From assembly GCA_045591265.1 (NCBI GenBank), contig JAZNSQ010000019.1:102531-166530 (forward strand): a stretch of 64,000 nucleotides of DNA, written 5' to 3'. The DNA is from Clostridia bacterium (GTDB lineage: Bacteria; Bacillota; Clostridia; UMGS1883). The notes below the pieces were generated by a model, which saw only the letters and a list, made by a program, of their open reading frames with translations, was not told where the DNA came from and did not search any database. Shown piece by piece: positions 46,595 through 56,761 of the stretch; the stretch's first letter is position 1, and each line of letters starts with the position of its first letter. The translations under genes and the position numbers were made by a program.

Positions 46595-47488
46595 TTATTT
46601 TATTAAACCATAATCACGAAGTGATTTTTTAAGTCTTTCTACGTTTTCAGGCGCCATTTCACAAAGGGGAAGACGAACGCCTCCAGCATTGTGACCGAGA
46701 ATGTTCATAGCTTCCTTTACGGGAATTGGGTTAACCTCACAGAAAAGTGAATCGATAAGGTCAATCGCCTCAAGCTGCATTTTACCAGCCTTCTTAAAGT
46801 CACCCTCGAGAGCGTATTTCATCATATCGTGGGTTTCCTTCGGGCATATGTTTGCAAGAACTGAAATTGTGCCCTTGCCACCCATTGCTACCATTGCAAC
46901 GTTTAAGTCATCACAGCCTGAATAAAAGTCAATCTTGTCACCGCAAAGTGAAAGCATTTTGATAACCTGACTCATATCGCCTGAAGCTTCCTTCATACCG
47001 ATAATGTTTTCGTGCTCTGAAAGAGCAAGAAGTGTCTGCGGCTGAATGTTTACGCCTGTTCTTGAAGGCACGTTGTAAAGGATAATCGGGATATTGACGC
47101 TGTCTGCAAGTGTTGTATAGTGCTTTATAAGACCGCGCTGTGTTGTTTTGTTGTAGTACGGTGTTACAAGTAAAAGCCCATCTACACCAGCCTTTTCGGC
47201 TTCCTTACAAAGTGCAACGCCGTGGCGCGTGTCATTTGAGCCTGTGCCTGCAATAACGGGAATACGCCCGTTTACTACTTTTACAATATGCTCAATAACC
47301 TTTAAATGCTCACTATCATCCATTGCGGAAGCTTCACCTGTAGTTCCGCAGGCAATGATGGCATCTGTTTCATTTTCAATCTGAAATTCCAAAATGTCAG
47401 TAAGTGCTTTTAAGTCGGGATTTCCGTTTTTGTCAAACGGTGTTACGACTGCACAGCAGGAACCTGTAAAAAGTGGTTGTCTTGACAT
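46595..47488 (-). CDS. dapA: 4-hydroxy-tetrahydrodipicolinate synthase
   Basis: GTTGE, PYYNK, YNVPSRTG, KEASG, NPIPVK. Confidence 0.96.
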   Translation of the reverse strand: MSRQPLFTGSCCAVVTPFDKNGNPDLKALTDILEFQIENETDAIIACGTTGEASAMDDSEHLKVIEHIVKVVNGRIPVIAGTGSNDTRHGVALCKEAEKAGVDGLLLVTPYYNKTTQRGLIKHYTTLADSVNIPIILYNVPSRTGVNIQPQTLLALSEHENIIGMKEASGDMSQVIKMLSLCGDKIDFYSGCDDLNVAMVAMGGKGTISVLANICPKETHDMMKYALEGDFKKAGKMQLEAIDLIDSLFCEVNPIPVKEAMNILGHNAGGVRLPLCEMAPENVERLKKSLRDYGLIK

Positions 47489-47509
47489 ATAAATAACCCC
47501 CTCGGTTAA

Positions 47510-48505
47510 TTAATCCATATATTCAATAAGCTTTTTAGCAATCTGAACTGCATTGGCTGCTGCACCCTTACGGATGTTATCCGCAACAACCCAGAGGTTT
47601 ACACCGCTTTCCACGCTTTCATCACGGCGAATTCTTCCGATAAAGGTATCGTTTGAGCCTGTTGCATTAATTGCCATCGGGTAGATGTTATTTGCGGGGT
47701 CATCCTCTACAACTACGCCCGGTGCATTTTTAAGAACTTCAAAAAGCTCCTTAAGATCAAACGGCTTTTCAAATTCAACATTTATTGATTCGCTATGGCT
47801 GTTAAACACAGGAACACGAACTGTTGTTGCAGTGATTTTAATATCATCTCTGCCAAGAATTTTGCGTGTTTCGTTGACCATCTTCATTTCTTCCTTTGTG
47901 TAGCCGTTGGGAAGGAATGAATCAATGTGGGGAAGGCAGTTGTTTGCAATAGGATGCGGGAACTTTTTAGGTGCTTCTCCGTTAAGTCCATCCTTAAGGT
48001 CGTTCCAGCCGCCAAGACCTGCGCCTGATACTGCCTGATATGTAGAATAAACAATTCTCTTAATTTTGTACTTATCGTCAAGAGGCTTAAGTGCAACCAT
48101 AGCCTGAATTGTTGAACAGTTGGGGTTTGCGATAATTCCGTTGTTCTTCTTAATATCCTCGGGATTAACCTCGGGAACAACCAAGGGAACATCCTTATCC
48201 ATACGCCAAGCACTTGAATTGTCAATTACAATACAACCCTTGCTTGCGGCGATGGGTGCAAACTTTTCACTGATTGAACCGCCTGCACTAAAGAGAGCGA
48301 TATCAATTCCTCTGTCAAAAGAGTTTTCAGTAAGCTCTTCGATTTCATATTCTTTGCCCATAAATTCTATTTTAGTACCTGCACTGCGTTTAGATGCAAA
48401 GAGGTAATAATTCTCAACGGGAAGTTTTTCTTCTTCAAGAACCTTAAGGAAGGTTCTGCCTACCATACCTGTTGCGCCGACTACGGCAACATTAAGTTTT
48501 TTCAT
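47510..48505 (-). CDS. asd: Aspartate-semialdehyde dehydrogenase
   Basis: GATGMVG, NPNCSTI, QAVSGAG, HSE, DNIRKGAA.N. Confidence 0.96.
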   Translation of the reverse strand: MKKLNVAVVGATGMVGRTFLKVLEEEKLPVENYYLFASKRSAGTKIEFMGKEYEIEELTENSFDRGIDIALFSAGGSISEKFAPIAASKGCIVIDNSSAWRMDKDVPLVVPEVNPEDIKKNNGIIANPNCSTIQAMVALKPLDDKYKIKRIVYSTYQAVSGAGLGGWNDLKDGLNGEAPKKFPHPIANNCLPHIDSFLPNGYTKEEMKMVNETRKILGRDDIKITATTVRVPVFNSHSESINVEFEKPFDLKELFEVLKNAPGVVVEDDPANNIYPMAINATGSNDTFIGRIRRDESVESGVNLWVVADNIRKGAAANAVQIAKKLIEYMD

Positions 48506-48544
48506 TAAAATCATCCTTTCAATATATGTATCCATATTAGGTGA

Positions 48545-48573
48545 ATTATACCACCAAATAGGGGTTATGTCAA
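48545..48573 (-). promoter_or_regulatory. Consensus sigmaA promoter of asd-dapA-dapB
   Basis: minus strand TTGACA-17 bp-(TGg)TATAAT. Confidence 0.75.
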
Positions 48574-48697
48574 TTTATTTAAGAGTAAAACACGAAAAAA
48601 ACATTGATTTTTTTTTATAATAAGGTAAAATTAAAGGAAAGGGAATATTTTTGTCGAAAAAAACAAAGGATGCAACAGAAAGTGAGGGAAAAGTACC

Positions 48698-49981
48698 ATG
48701 AAATTATCCAAAGTAATTTTGACGATGCTTTTTATAATTCTATTAAGTACGATGCATTCATATGCATTTGAATATAAAAGTGAGGTTAAGGTAGGCTTAA
48801 AATACGGAGAAAGTTCAAAAAGCTTTACTGTAAGCTCCGAAGGCGGGGTAAATGTGTTTGTTGCGTCAACGGGTGAGCTTATGTATCAATCCTTGCCAAA
48901 CGAAAGTATTTACATAGAATTAACACCGCAGAGCTTTTTAAGCAGTGGAAAATTTGAAATAAGCACAACAGATACAATCTCAATTCAACCGCAAAACGGT
49001 GCACTTATTGAGTGTGACACGAAAAAGTACCGCGGATATATTATTGCGAAAAGAGAGTCAGGCACTCTTACCGTTATAAATGCCGTGGGTACAGAGGATT
49101 ATGTTGCAAGTGTTTTAGGAAAAGAAATGAGCTATTCGTGGCCCAAAGAAGCACTTAAGGCGCAGGCGGTTTGTGCAAGAAACTTTGTTTTATGCAGAGG
49201 AAATACACACAAAAATTATGATTTTGATGTTTGCTCTACAACGCACTGCCAGGTTTACGGTGGCTTTAGCTCGGAGCATGAAAATACAAGGGCTGCCACG
49301 AAGGAAACAGAGGGAGTTTTAGTCAGATACAACGGCGAGGTTGTGCCTCTATTCTTCTATGCTACAAGCGGTGGAATGACAGAAAGCGTTGAAAACGTGT
49401 GGGGAAATCCGCTCGGATATTTAAAAAGTGTTCCTGATGAGTATGAAAACCCCCAGAAAGCATCAAAGTATACTTGGAGTGCTACTCTTACAAAGGACGA
49501 AATTGAAACAAAACTAAAAAGTGCAGGGGCGTCAATTGGCAGTCTTAACAATATAACTGTAGACACTATTACCCCAAGCGGAAGAGTTACGAAAATGACT
49601 TTTCACGGAGATAGCGGGTCGTACAGCACAAAACTTGAAAAATGCAGAACGATACTTGGTCTTTACAGCCAGAAATTCACTGTATCGGGGGATAAAAGCG
49701 CGGCAATTATCACAACGGCAGGGGCGTCAGTCGGGCCATATATTGCACAAAATGCAGAAGGTAAAAAAGCGATTTCTTCCTTGCGCGCCATTGACGGAAG
49801 CGGTATAGTGCGTGAAGTAAAGATTGATGGCGAAGGCTCTACGGTTTATAACATAAATGGCGGAGGCTATGGCCATGGAGTCGGTATGAGCCAGTGGGGT
49901 GCACGCGGAATGGCAGAAAACGGCTTTACATATGATGAAATCTTAAACCACTATTTTACGGACATTACAATAGGAGAATAA
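48698..49981 (+). CDS. SpoIID/LytB domain protein
   Basis: Signal peptide, [31 protein letters not shown]; upstream of queA. Confidence 0.88.
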   Translation: MKLSKVILTMLFIILLSTMHSYAFEYKSEVKVGLKYGESSKSFTVSSEGGVNVFVASTGELMYQSLPNESIYIELTPQSFLSSGKFEISTTDTISIQPQNGALIECDTKKYRGYIIAKRESGTLTVINAVGTEDYVASVLGKEMSYSWPKEALKAQAVCARNFVLCRGNTHKNYDFDVCSTTHCQVYGGFSSEHENTRAATKETEGVLVRYNGEVVPLFFYATSGGMTESVENVWGNPLGYLKSVPDEYENPQKASKYTWSATLTKDEIETKLKSAGASIGSLNNITVDTITPSGRVTKMTFHGDSGSYSTKLEKCRTILGLYSQKFTVSGDKSAAIITTAGASVGPYIAQNAEGKKAISSLRAIDGSGIVREVKIDGEGSTVYNINGGGYGHGVGMSQWGARGMAENGFTYDEILNHYFTDITIGE

Positions 49982-49982
49982 A

Positions 49983-51005
49983 ATGAACACAGACGAATTT
50001 GACTACTATCTGCCCGAGGAGCTTATTGCGCAGCATCCGCTCTTGGATCGCTCTTCCTCAAGGCTTCTTGTAGTAAATAAAAACGAAAACTCATATAAGG
50101 ACGATACGTTTAAAAATATAAAAAACTATCTCTCCGAGGGAGATTGCCTTGTTTTAAATAACACCAGGGTTATTCCTGCACGTCTTTACGGAAAAAAGAA
50201 AAACACGGGCGGACTTGTTGAAATACTTCTTCTTCACAGAAACAGTGAAAAAGAGTGGGAAATTATGATAAAGCCGGGGAAACGCGCGCATATCGGAACG
50301 GAATATGAGTTTGGCGACGGAAAATTAAATATGAAAATCAAAGATATTCTCGAAGGCGGTAACAGACTGGCGGAGTTTTCATATGAAGGGCTTTTTGAAA
50401 ATGTACTTGACGAGCTTGGGGAAATGCCACTTCCTCATTATATAAAAGAAAAGCTTACTGACAAGGAAAGATATCAAACTGTTTATGCAAAGTACGAAGG
50501 CAGTGCTGCTGCACCTACGGCAGGGCTTCATTTTACAAATGAGCTACTTGATGAAATAAGAGAAATGGGCGTTAAAATTGCTTTTGTTACGCTTCACGTG
50601 GGACTCGGCACATTCAGACCAGTAAAGGTAGATGACGTAACAAAGCATAAAATGCACTCTGAATACTACACTGTTTCAGAGGAGTCTGCAAAAATTATAA
50701 ACGAAACCAAAAAAAGCGGGAAAAGAGTAATATGCGTTGGTACAACAAGTACGAGAACGGTTGAAAGCGCAACCCAAAATGGTGAAATTAAGCCCCAGAG
50801 CGGATGGACAGACATTTTTATCTATCCCGGGTATGAATTTAAAATGACGGATGCACTTATAACAAATTTCCACCTCCCAAAATCTACTTTGGTTATGCTT
50901 GTAAGTGCACTTGCGGGAAAGGATAATATTTTTCGGGCGTATCGACACGCGGTAGAAGAAAAATACAGATTTTTCAGCTTTGGTGATGCGATGTTTATAG
51001 AGTGA
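49983..51005 (+). CDS. queA: S-adenosylmethionine:tRNA ribosyltransferase-isomerase
   Basis: [49 protein letters not shown]. Confidence 0.97.
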   Translation: MNTDEFDYYLPEELIAQHPLLDRSSSRLLVVNKNENSYKDDTFKNIKNYLSEGDCLVLNNTRVIPARLYGKKKNTGGLVEILLLHRNSEKEWEIMIKPGKRAHIGTEYEFGDGKLNMKIKDILEGGNRLAEFSYEGLFENVLDELGEMPLPHYIKEKLTDKERYQTVYAKYEGSAAAPTAGLHFTNELLDEIREMGVKIAFVTLHVGLGTFRPVKVDDVTKHKMHSEYYTVSEESAKIINETKKSGKRVICVGTTSTRTVESATQNGEIKPQSGWTDIFIYPGYEFKMTDALITNFHLPKSTLVMLVSALAGKDNIFRAYRHAVEEKYRFFSFGDAMFIE

Positions 51006-51105
51006 AAAAGGGATGTGAAATACATTCCTTTTTTAATTGACTTGACCTTTTTATTATGATAAAATCATAATAAGGTAGTTTAAAAAATATAAGGGGAGTT
51101 ACGAA

Positions 51106-52038
51106 ATGGAAAAGAAGGAATTACTTAAGCATATTGGTTCAATCGAGCAGATAGGTGGAATTAAAGATTACATATTAAACGACGGAAAGGCAAAGGGCGT
51201 GCGTGCTATAGAAATTAACACAGGTAAAGTGCGCTTTGTTGTGCTTCCCGACAGAGGAATGGATATTGCGCAGGCTTTTTATAAAGAGCATGCGATAAGC
51301 TGGCTTTCAAAAACAGGAGTTACTGCCCCCGCGTTTTACGATAAGGATGAAAAAGAGTGGCTTCGTGGCTTTTACGGCGGGCTTATTACTACCTGCGGTT
51401 TAAAAAACATTGGCGGCCCCTACAAGGAATGTGGACTTCACGACAGAATTGCGCATATCCCTGCCGAAAAGGTAAGCGTATTTGCTGAGTGGATTGATGA
51501 CGAATACGTTATGAAGATTTCGGGCGAAGTGCATCAGAGCGCTGCACTTGGCGAAAATGTTGTTTTAAAGAGAACTATTATCGCAAAGCTCTTTGATGAT
51601 AAATTTACTGTTAAAGACGTTGTGGTAAACAATGGCTTTGAAGATGAAAATATTGCTCTTTGCTATCACTGTAATTTTGGCTATCCGCTTGTGAGAGAAA
51701 ACTCAAAGGTGCTTGGCGTGCCAGCGGAGCATAGTGTTGTGGGGGAGCCAACACATGGATTTGTGGAAGAGTGTATTGATGTTTCTCACGAGGGAGACGT
51801 TGCCACTGCGGGAATCGAAAATGGTGAGATTGGTGCATATATCACCTACGAAAGAAAAAATCTTCCTGATTTCCTTATGTGGAAAATGTATGGCGAAAGT
51901 GACTACGTAATAGGTCTTGAGCCGAGAACTACGTCTCTTGGCGGAGGAGATGTTGAAAAAGAGGGTAAGTATGTTACTCTTAAGCCGTTTGAAGAATACG
52001 AAACAAAGCTTGTATTTACCTTTAAAGAATTAAAGTGA
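51106..52038 (+). CDS. DUF4432 / aldose-1-epimerase-like protein
   Basis: DRGMDI, F.GGL..TCG, LH, YHCNFGYPL, GLEP. Confidence 0.75.
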   Translation: MEKKELLKHIGSIEQIGGIKDYILNDGKAKGVRAIEINTGKVRFVVLPDRGMDIAQAFYKEHAISWLSKTGVTAPAFYDKDEKEWLRGFYGGLITTCGLKNIGGPYKECGLHDRIAHIPAEKVSVFAEWIDDEYVMKISGEVHQSAALGENVVLKRTIIAKLFDDKFTVKDVVVNNGFEDENIALCYHCNFGYPLVRENSKVLGVPAEHSVVGEPTHGFVEECIDVSHEGDVATAGIENGEIGAYITYERKNLPDFLMWKMYGESDYVIGLEPRTTSLGGGDVEKEGKYVTLKPFEEYETKLVFTFKELK

Positions 52039-52047
52039 GGTAAAATA

Positions 52048-53301
52048 ATGATAAAGGATATTTGCAGACAGATTGACGAAAAAAAGGAGGAGCTTTTTGA
52101 GCTTCTTGGTTCATTTATTAAAATAAATTCTGAAAATTTTTCAAGCCATGGTAATGAAGAGGAGTTGGCAAGATTTATTTATAAGATTTGCCTTGATTTA
52201 GGTCTTGAAAGCGAAATTTACTCTCCTCTAGATGTAGAGAATTTTAAAAATCATCCCGATTATGTTGACGGACATAATCTTGAAAACAGATATAATGTAA
52301 CTGCGCGCTGGCACGGCAAAGAAAATGTTGATGAGCTTACGCTTATGGCGCACACAGATACTGTTGAAATAGGTAATTTATCAGGCTGGGATTTTGACCC
52401 GCTTTCTGGCGAAGTGCGTGACGGGAAAATACTCGGGCGCGGGGCGTGTGACGACAAATACGCGTTAGCCGCTGCACTTTTTGTAATAAAGCTTTTAAAG
52501 GAAAATGGCTTTACACCTAAAAAGAACATTATTTTCTCTGCATATTCCGACGAAGAATACGGCGGTTCTCACGGAGCGCTTGCCGCGGTTTTAAAATATC
52601 CTACAGACCGCATTGTGAGTCTTGACTGCGTAGACGGTGTAATCTGGCACTGCGGTTCAGGCGGCCAGGTGGTTACATATAACTTCCATACAAAAGAAAC
52701 CGTAGACAGTGCAGGTAAAGCGGGATACGCACTTAATACTGTGATGCAGGTGCTTGAAAAGTTTAAGGAAAACAGATTTAATGAGTTAAGCGCTAACCCA
52801 TACTACAAGGGAACTGAAATTCCTTCGCAGTCACTTCGTTATATGGAGGTGCGCGCAGGGGATAACGGACTTGAGCTTGGTAAGGGCAAGGTAAACTTTG
52901 TATTTTATACCGATAAATCAAAGGAAGAAATATACAAGGAATTCAGTGAAATTGAAAAAGAACTTCAAAAAAAGCTTGAGCCTCTTGGAATAATAGGTGA
53001 CGGATTTGAAGAAAACACACGCTTTTTCCATTACGTGTATACCGAGCCTGACAGTGAAGACATCAAATGTATGCTTGAGGCTTCAAGGGAGGCTGCAAAT
53101 AAAGAGCTTAAGGTTGTAGGCTCGTGCCTTTCTGATTTGTCTGTTATATCAAAGTATGGCTCAAATAAAGCATATGGCTTTGGTATCGGGCGTGACTTTA
53201 GCGAGATAGGCGGGGCGCATCAGCCAAACGAATTTGTTGAATGTGACAAATTATTAGAATATACTAAAACAATAGCAGCATATATATTAAAATCCTGCTA
53301 A
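52048..53301 (+). CDS. M20/ArgE-DapE family metallopeptidase/deacylase
   Basis: AHTDTV, GRGACDDK, DEE, AHQPNE. Confidence 0.85.
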   Translation: MIKDICRQIDEKKEELFELLGSFIKINSENFSSHGNEEELARFIYKICLDLGLESEIYSPLDVENFKNHPDYVDGHNLENRYNVTARWHGKENVDELTLMAHTDTVEIGNLSGWDFDPLSGEVRDGKILGRGACDDKYALAAALFVIKLLKENGFTPKKNIIFSAYSDEEYGGSHGALAAVLKYPTDRIVSLDCVDGVIWHCGSGGQVVTYNFHTKETVDSAGKAGYALNTVMQVLEKFKENRFNELSANPYYKGTEIPSQSLRYMEVRAGDNGLELGKGKVNFVFYTDKSKEEIYKEFSEIEKELQKKLEPLGIIGDGFEENTRFFHYVYTEPDSEDIKCMLEASREAANKELKVVGSCLSDLSVISKYGSNKAYGFGIGRDFSEIGGAHQPNEFVECDKLLEYTKTIAAYILKSC

Positions 53302-53324
53302 AAGATTTTGAAAGGTTTATTATT

Positions 53325-54440
53325 ATGAAAAAAATCCTTGCATTTATTTTCATTTTAATAATGGTAATGCCGACTGTGGCTTCGGGCTACGAAGATACAC
53401 CTGTAGGGGTAGTAATAGACGGGGTGCCGACAAGGCTTAATCCCACGCCTGTTATTCGCGACGGGGTTACTTACGTCAGTGTACGTGCGCTTGCGAAAGA
53501 GTTTGGGTTTTCCTACAAGGATTACGTGCAGCCCAAAAGCGCAATTATAGAGTCGGATAGGATTTCTGTATGCATTAGCCCTGAAAACAACCAAATGACT
53601 GTTGTTGATCTTACGGGGACATCTATCTACGAGTATGTTTTCCATTCTCTTTCATCTCCTTGTGTTTATATGGATGGAAGTCTTTCAATTCCTGTCCGTG
53701 ATTTTGCAAAGGTATTTAACTGCACAGTAAACTTTGATAAAACAAATAATAAGGTTCTCTTAACCTCTGTAATACACACTGAAGATAATATAGAGATAAC
53801 GGTTTCAGATAACAATACGTCGGAAATTATCCAGCCTGACGAGGAAGTTGTCTTGGATATGTCGGCCTTTCTTCCGGAAAATCACGTGTACTATTTTCAG
53901 AACGAGGAGGAGTTTAATCTTCCCAATTTCGGAAGCGGATATTGCTGGGTTTGCTCGTATGCGATGCTGATTTCAAACGTAAAGGGTATAAAAGTAACGC
54001 CAAATGATGTAGAAGCAGTAAATCTTAAAAGAACACAAAACGGCGCGTATTGCTATCACTATGATATAGTTACGGAGTTTAACGTTTACTTAACCTCGGC
54101 ACTTCCTGAAAAAAGCATTTTTTACGGCGGAAGGGATATGATTTCGGGAGGAACGTTTATAAATAATCCCAATAAGTCGGATGACGTTACGCGCGCAGCA
54201 CTTCAGGAGGCGCTTCGCCTTCATCCCGAAGGCGTTATGGTAAGGTACGCGGATTTCCCGCATACGATGGTGGCAGTTGGCTATGAAAACGGTAAAATTC
54301 TCTTTTATGACCCCGCACCAACATCGTCCGGAAGTTACGATACCACAGGCAGATACAAGGGCGTTGAATTTGAAAAAACCTGTGTTTATACAAAAGGCTA
54401 TTCAATTTCAGATATAACATTTATGCAAGCATTAAAATAG
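53325..54440 (+). CDS. Secreted protein: copper-amine-oxidase N-terminal (stalk) domain plus C39-like cysteine peptidase domain
   Basis: Signal peptide; G.TYVSVR.LA..FG / IPVR..A..F stalk motifs; Q..CWVCSYAM, HTMVAVGY, FYDP. Confidence 0.6.
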   Translation: MKKILAFIFILIMVMPTVASGYEDTPVGVVIDGVPTRLNPTPVIRDGVTYVSVRALAKEFGFSYKDYVQPKSAIIESDRISVCISPENNQMTVVDLTGTSIYEYVFHSLSSPCVYMDGSLSIPVRDFAKVFNCTVNFDKTNNKVLLTSVIHTEDNIEITVSDNNTSEIIQPDEEVVLDMSAFLPENHVYYFQNEEEFNLPNFGSGYCWVCSYAMLISNVKGIKVTPNDVEAVNLKRTQNGAYCYHYDIVTEFNVYLTSALPEKSIFYGGRDMISGGTFINNPNKSDDVTRAALQEALRLHPEGVMVRYADFPHTMVAVGYENGKILFYDPAPTSSGSYDTTGRYKGVEFEKTCVYTKGYSISDITFMQALK

Positions 54441-54451
54441 GAGGAAATTTT

Positions 54452-55474
54452 ATGATTACCAAAAGATTATTCGGAAAAGTTGATGAAAAAGAAGTATACG
54501 CTTATCTTCTTGACAATTTAAACGGTTTTTCTGCTGAAATTATTACATACGGCGGAATTGTGCGCACACTAAATTACAAGGGAAAAGACGTGGTGCTTGG
54601 CTACGACACTATTGAGGATTACCAAAATAACCCCGATTATTTTGGTGCTCTTATCGGAAGAAACTCAAATAGAATTGAGGGTGCAGCATTTACTTTAGGC
54701 GGTGTAGAGTACAAGCTTTTTGCAAACGATAACAGAAGCAATCTTCATGGCGGTAAGGTAGGCTTTAACTCAAGAATATGGGATGCAGAAGCAATAGACG
54801 GTGAAGAACCCGCGCTTAAGCTTTCACTTTTCTCACCTGATATGGAAGAGGGCTTCCCCGGAAACTTAAACGTAACTGTGACTTACACTCTTGCAAAGGA
54901 TAATTCTCTCGATATTCATTATGAGGCAGTTTCAGATAAAGACACTGTTGTAAATCTTACAAACCACTCATACTTTAACTTAAACGGTCACGAAAGCGGA
55001 AATGTTGATAATCATACTCTTATGTTTAATTCTTCTTTCTATACACCAAACACTGATGAATGTATTCCTTACGGTGAGGTGCTTTCAGTTAATGGTACTG
55101 CATTTGATATGCGTAAGCCTACCCGCCTTGGCGATGTGTTTGCCTCAAATGATGAGCAGGTAAAGATGTTTGGCGGAATTGACCATAACATTGTAATAGA
55201 TGGCTCTGGCATGCGCCTTTGTGCAGAGTATGTGGGAGATATTTCAAAAATCAAGATGCAGGTTTACACTGACCTTCCCGCAATTCAGCTATACACCGGT
55301 AATAATCTTAAGGGAAACAGAGTGGCAAAGGGTGGAATTAAATATCCTCTCCATGGTGCAATCTGTCTTGAAACGCAAACCTTCCCGAATAACTTAAAAT
55401 ATACTCATTTCCCAACTTCTATTGTAAAGGCAAATGAAAAGTACGAAACCGAAACAAAATACAAATTTATATAA
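54452..55474 (+). CDS. galM: Aldose 1-epimerase (galactose mutarotase)
   Basis: GRNSNRI, LHGG, GFPG, NLTNHSYFNL, DHN, QLYT, CLETQ. Confidence 0.92.
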   Translation: MITKRLFGKVDEKEVYAYLLDNLNGFSAEIITYGGIVRTLNYKGKDVVLGYDTIEDYQNNPDYFGALIGRNSNRIEGAAFTLGGVEYKLFANDNRSNLHGGKVGFNSRIWDAEAIDGEEPALKLSLFSPDMEEGFPGNLNVTVTYTLAKDNSLDIHYEAVSDKDTVVNLTNHSYFNLNGHESGNVDNHTLMFNSSFYTPNTDECIPYGEVLSVNGTAFDMRKPTRLGDVFASNDEQVKMFGGIDHNIVIDGSGMRLCAEYVGDISKIKMQVYTDLPAIQLYTGNNLKGNRVAKGGIKYPLHGAICLETQTFPNNLKYTHFPTSIVKANEKYETETKYKFI

Positions 55475-55487
55475 ATAAGGGAAATGT

Positions 55488-55527
55488 AAAAAAAGGAGAT
55501 GTAAAAAAGTATTTACATCTCCTTTTT
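55488..55527 (+). terminator. Intrinsic terminator after galM
   Basis: AAAAGGAGATGTAAA/TTTACATCTCCTTTTT. Confidence 0.7.
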
Positions 55528-55599
55528 ATATTGACACTTTTGAATTGTTGATATAAACTGTAATATAGGAATTTATGGATAATTTTAGAAGGTGAATTT

Positions 55600-56310
55600 A
55601 TGCGACTTCAAAAATATATAGCGGAATGTGGCGCATCTTCAAGGCGTGGTGCAGAAAAGCTTATAAGCGAGGGAAGAGTCAGCGTAAACGGAGAAGCTAT
55701 AGATTTTATGGGCTTTGAGGTTAGCGAAGATGACGTTGTGGCGCTTGATGGCGTTATTCTCAAAAAAGAAGAAAAAAAGTATTATATTATGCTTAATAAA
55801 CCCAAAAACTATGTAACAACCGTATCGGATGATTTAGGAAGACCTACCGTTATGGAGCTTGTGCTTGATATCCGCGCAAGGCTATACCCGGTGGGAAGGC
55901 TCGATTTTGACACAACGGGGCTTCTAATTATGACAAATGACGGTGACTTTACAAATAAAGTAACGCATCCGAGTCACGCTATAAATAAGGCTTATATTGC
56001 GCGTGTAAAAACTCCGCTTACAGAAGAACAATTATCTCTCCTTCGCAAAGGAGTTATAATTGACGGAGTTAAAACATCTGAAGCAGGCGCGGAAAATGTT
56101 AAAAATCCAAAGCACGGGGCAGAGGTTAAGATTACAATTCACGAGGGAAGAAATCGTCAGGTAAGAAAAATGCTCGATTCTGTTGGCGCGGAGGTTTTGT
56201 CACTTAAAAGAATTTCGATAGGCTCGCTTGCACTCGGTAATCTTCCTGAAGGAAAGTGGAGACACTTAAGCGAGGCAGAGGTAAATAAATTAAGGGGTAA
56301 GAAAAAATGA
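55600..56310 (+). CDS. rluB: RsuA/RluB family rRNA pseudouridine synthase
   Basis: S4 domain RLQKYIA..SRR.AE, GRLD, EGRNRQVRKM. Confidence 0.88.
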   Translation: MRLQKYIAECGASSRRGAEKLISEGRVSVNGEAIDFMGFEVSEDDVVALDGVILKKEEKKYYIMLNKPKNYVTTVSDDLGRPTVMELVLDIRARLYPVGRLDFDTTGLLIMTNDGDFTNKVTHPSHAINKAYIARVKTPLTEEQLSLLRKGVIIDGVKTSEAGAENVKNPKHGAEVKITIHEGRNRQVRKMLDSVGAEVLSLKRISIGSLALGNLPEGKWRHLSEAEVNKLRGKKK

Positions 56311-56648
56311 TACGAGTAAATATTATTGAAAATAAAGCGGTTATTGATTCCATAGTTGATAATGCGGATGAAAACACTCTTGTAGCGTGGGCGCAGGAGG
56401 ATGAAAAAAGTCACGGATATTGCGTTTTTGATAAAAGCGGCGAAATAAAAGAGGTTATAGAAAAGGAAGACGTTTTTGAGCTTCTTATAAGGGCAACCTT
56501 AAATTCTCTTGATTTAAGAGGGGTTAAGGAGGGCTACTGTAATAAAAAGAGCCTTTTCCCAAAGTTAAAAATGCTTGGGTTTAAGGAGAGCGGGGACAGG
56601 TGCTTTACAGACATAAATGAATTTTTTAAGCCTTGCTGTTCAAAGTAA
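56307..56648 (+). CDS. Hypothetical protein
   Basis: 113 aa, overlaps rluB stop by 4 bp; ends FFKPCC. Confidence 0.6.
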   Translation: MIRVNIIENKAVIDSIVDNADENTLVAWAQEDEKSHGYCVFDKSGEIKEVIEKEDVFELLIRATLNSLDLRGVKEGYCNKKSLFPKLKMLGFKESGDRCFTDINEFFKPCCSK

Positions 56649-56761
56649 AATAAATAAAAAATAAGTGAAAATATTGTTGAAAAACCAATAGCTTTGTTAT
56701 ATAATATTTGGTAAAATGGGATTGATTTGGATATATTTAGATTAAGCGGGAGGTAAAACGT

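Noticed and set aside
48506-48575. Lysine riboswitch upstream of asd-dapA-dapB
   Set aside because: Consensus promoter leaves only ~35 nt of leader, far too short
22969-55527. Similar GGA(GA)TGTAAA..TTTACATC hairpins at 22969, 51005 and 55488 as a mobile repeat family
   Set aside because: All sit directly after stop codons and are adequately explained as terminators
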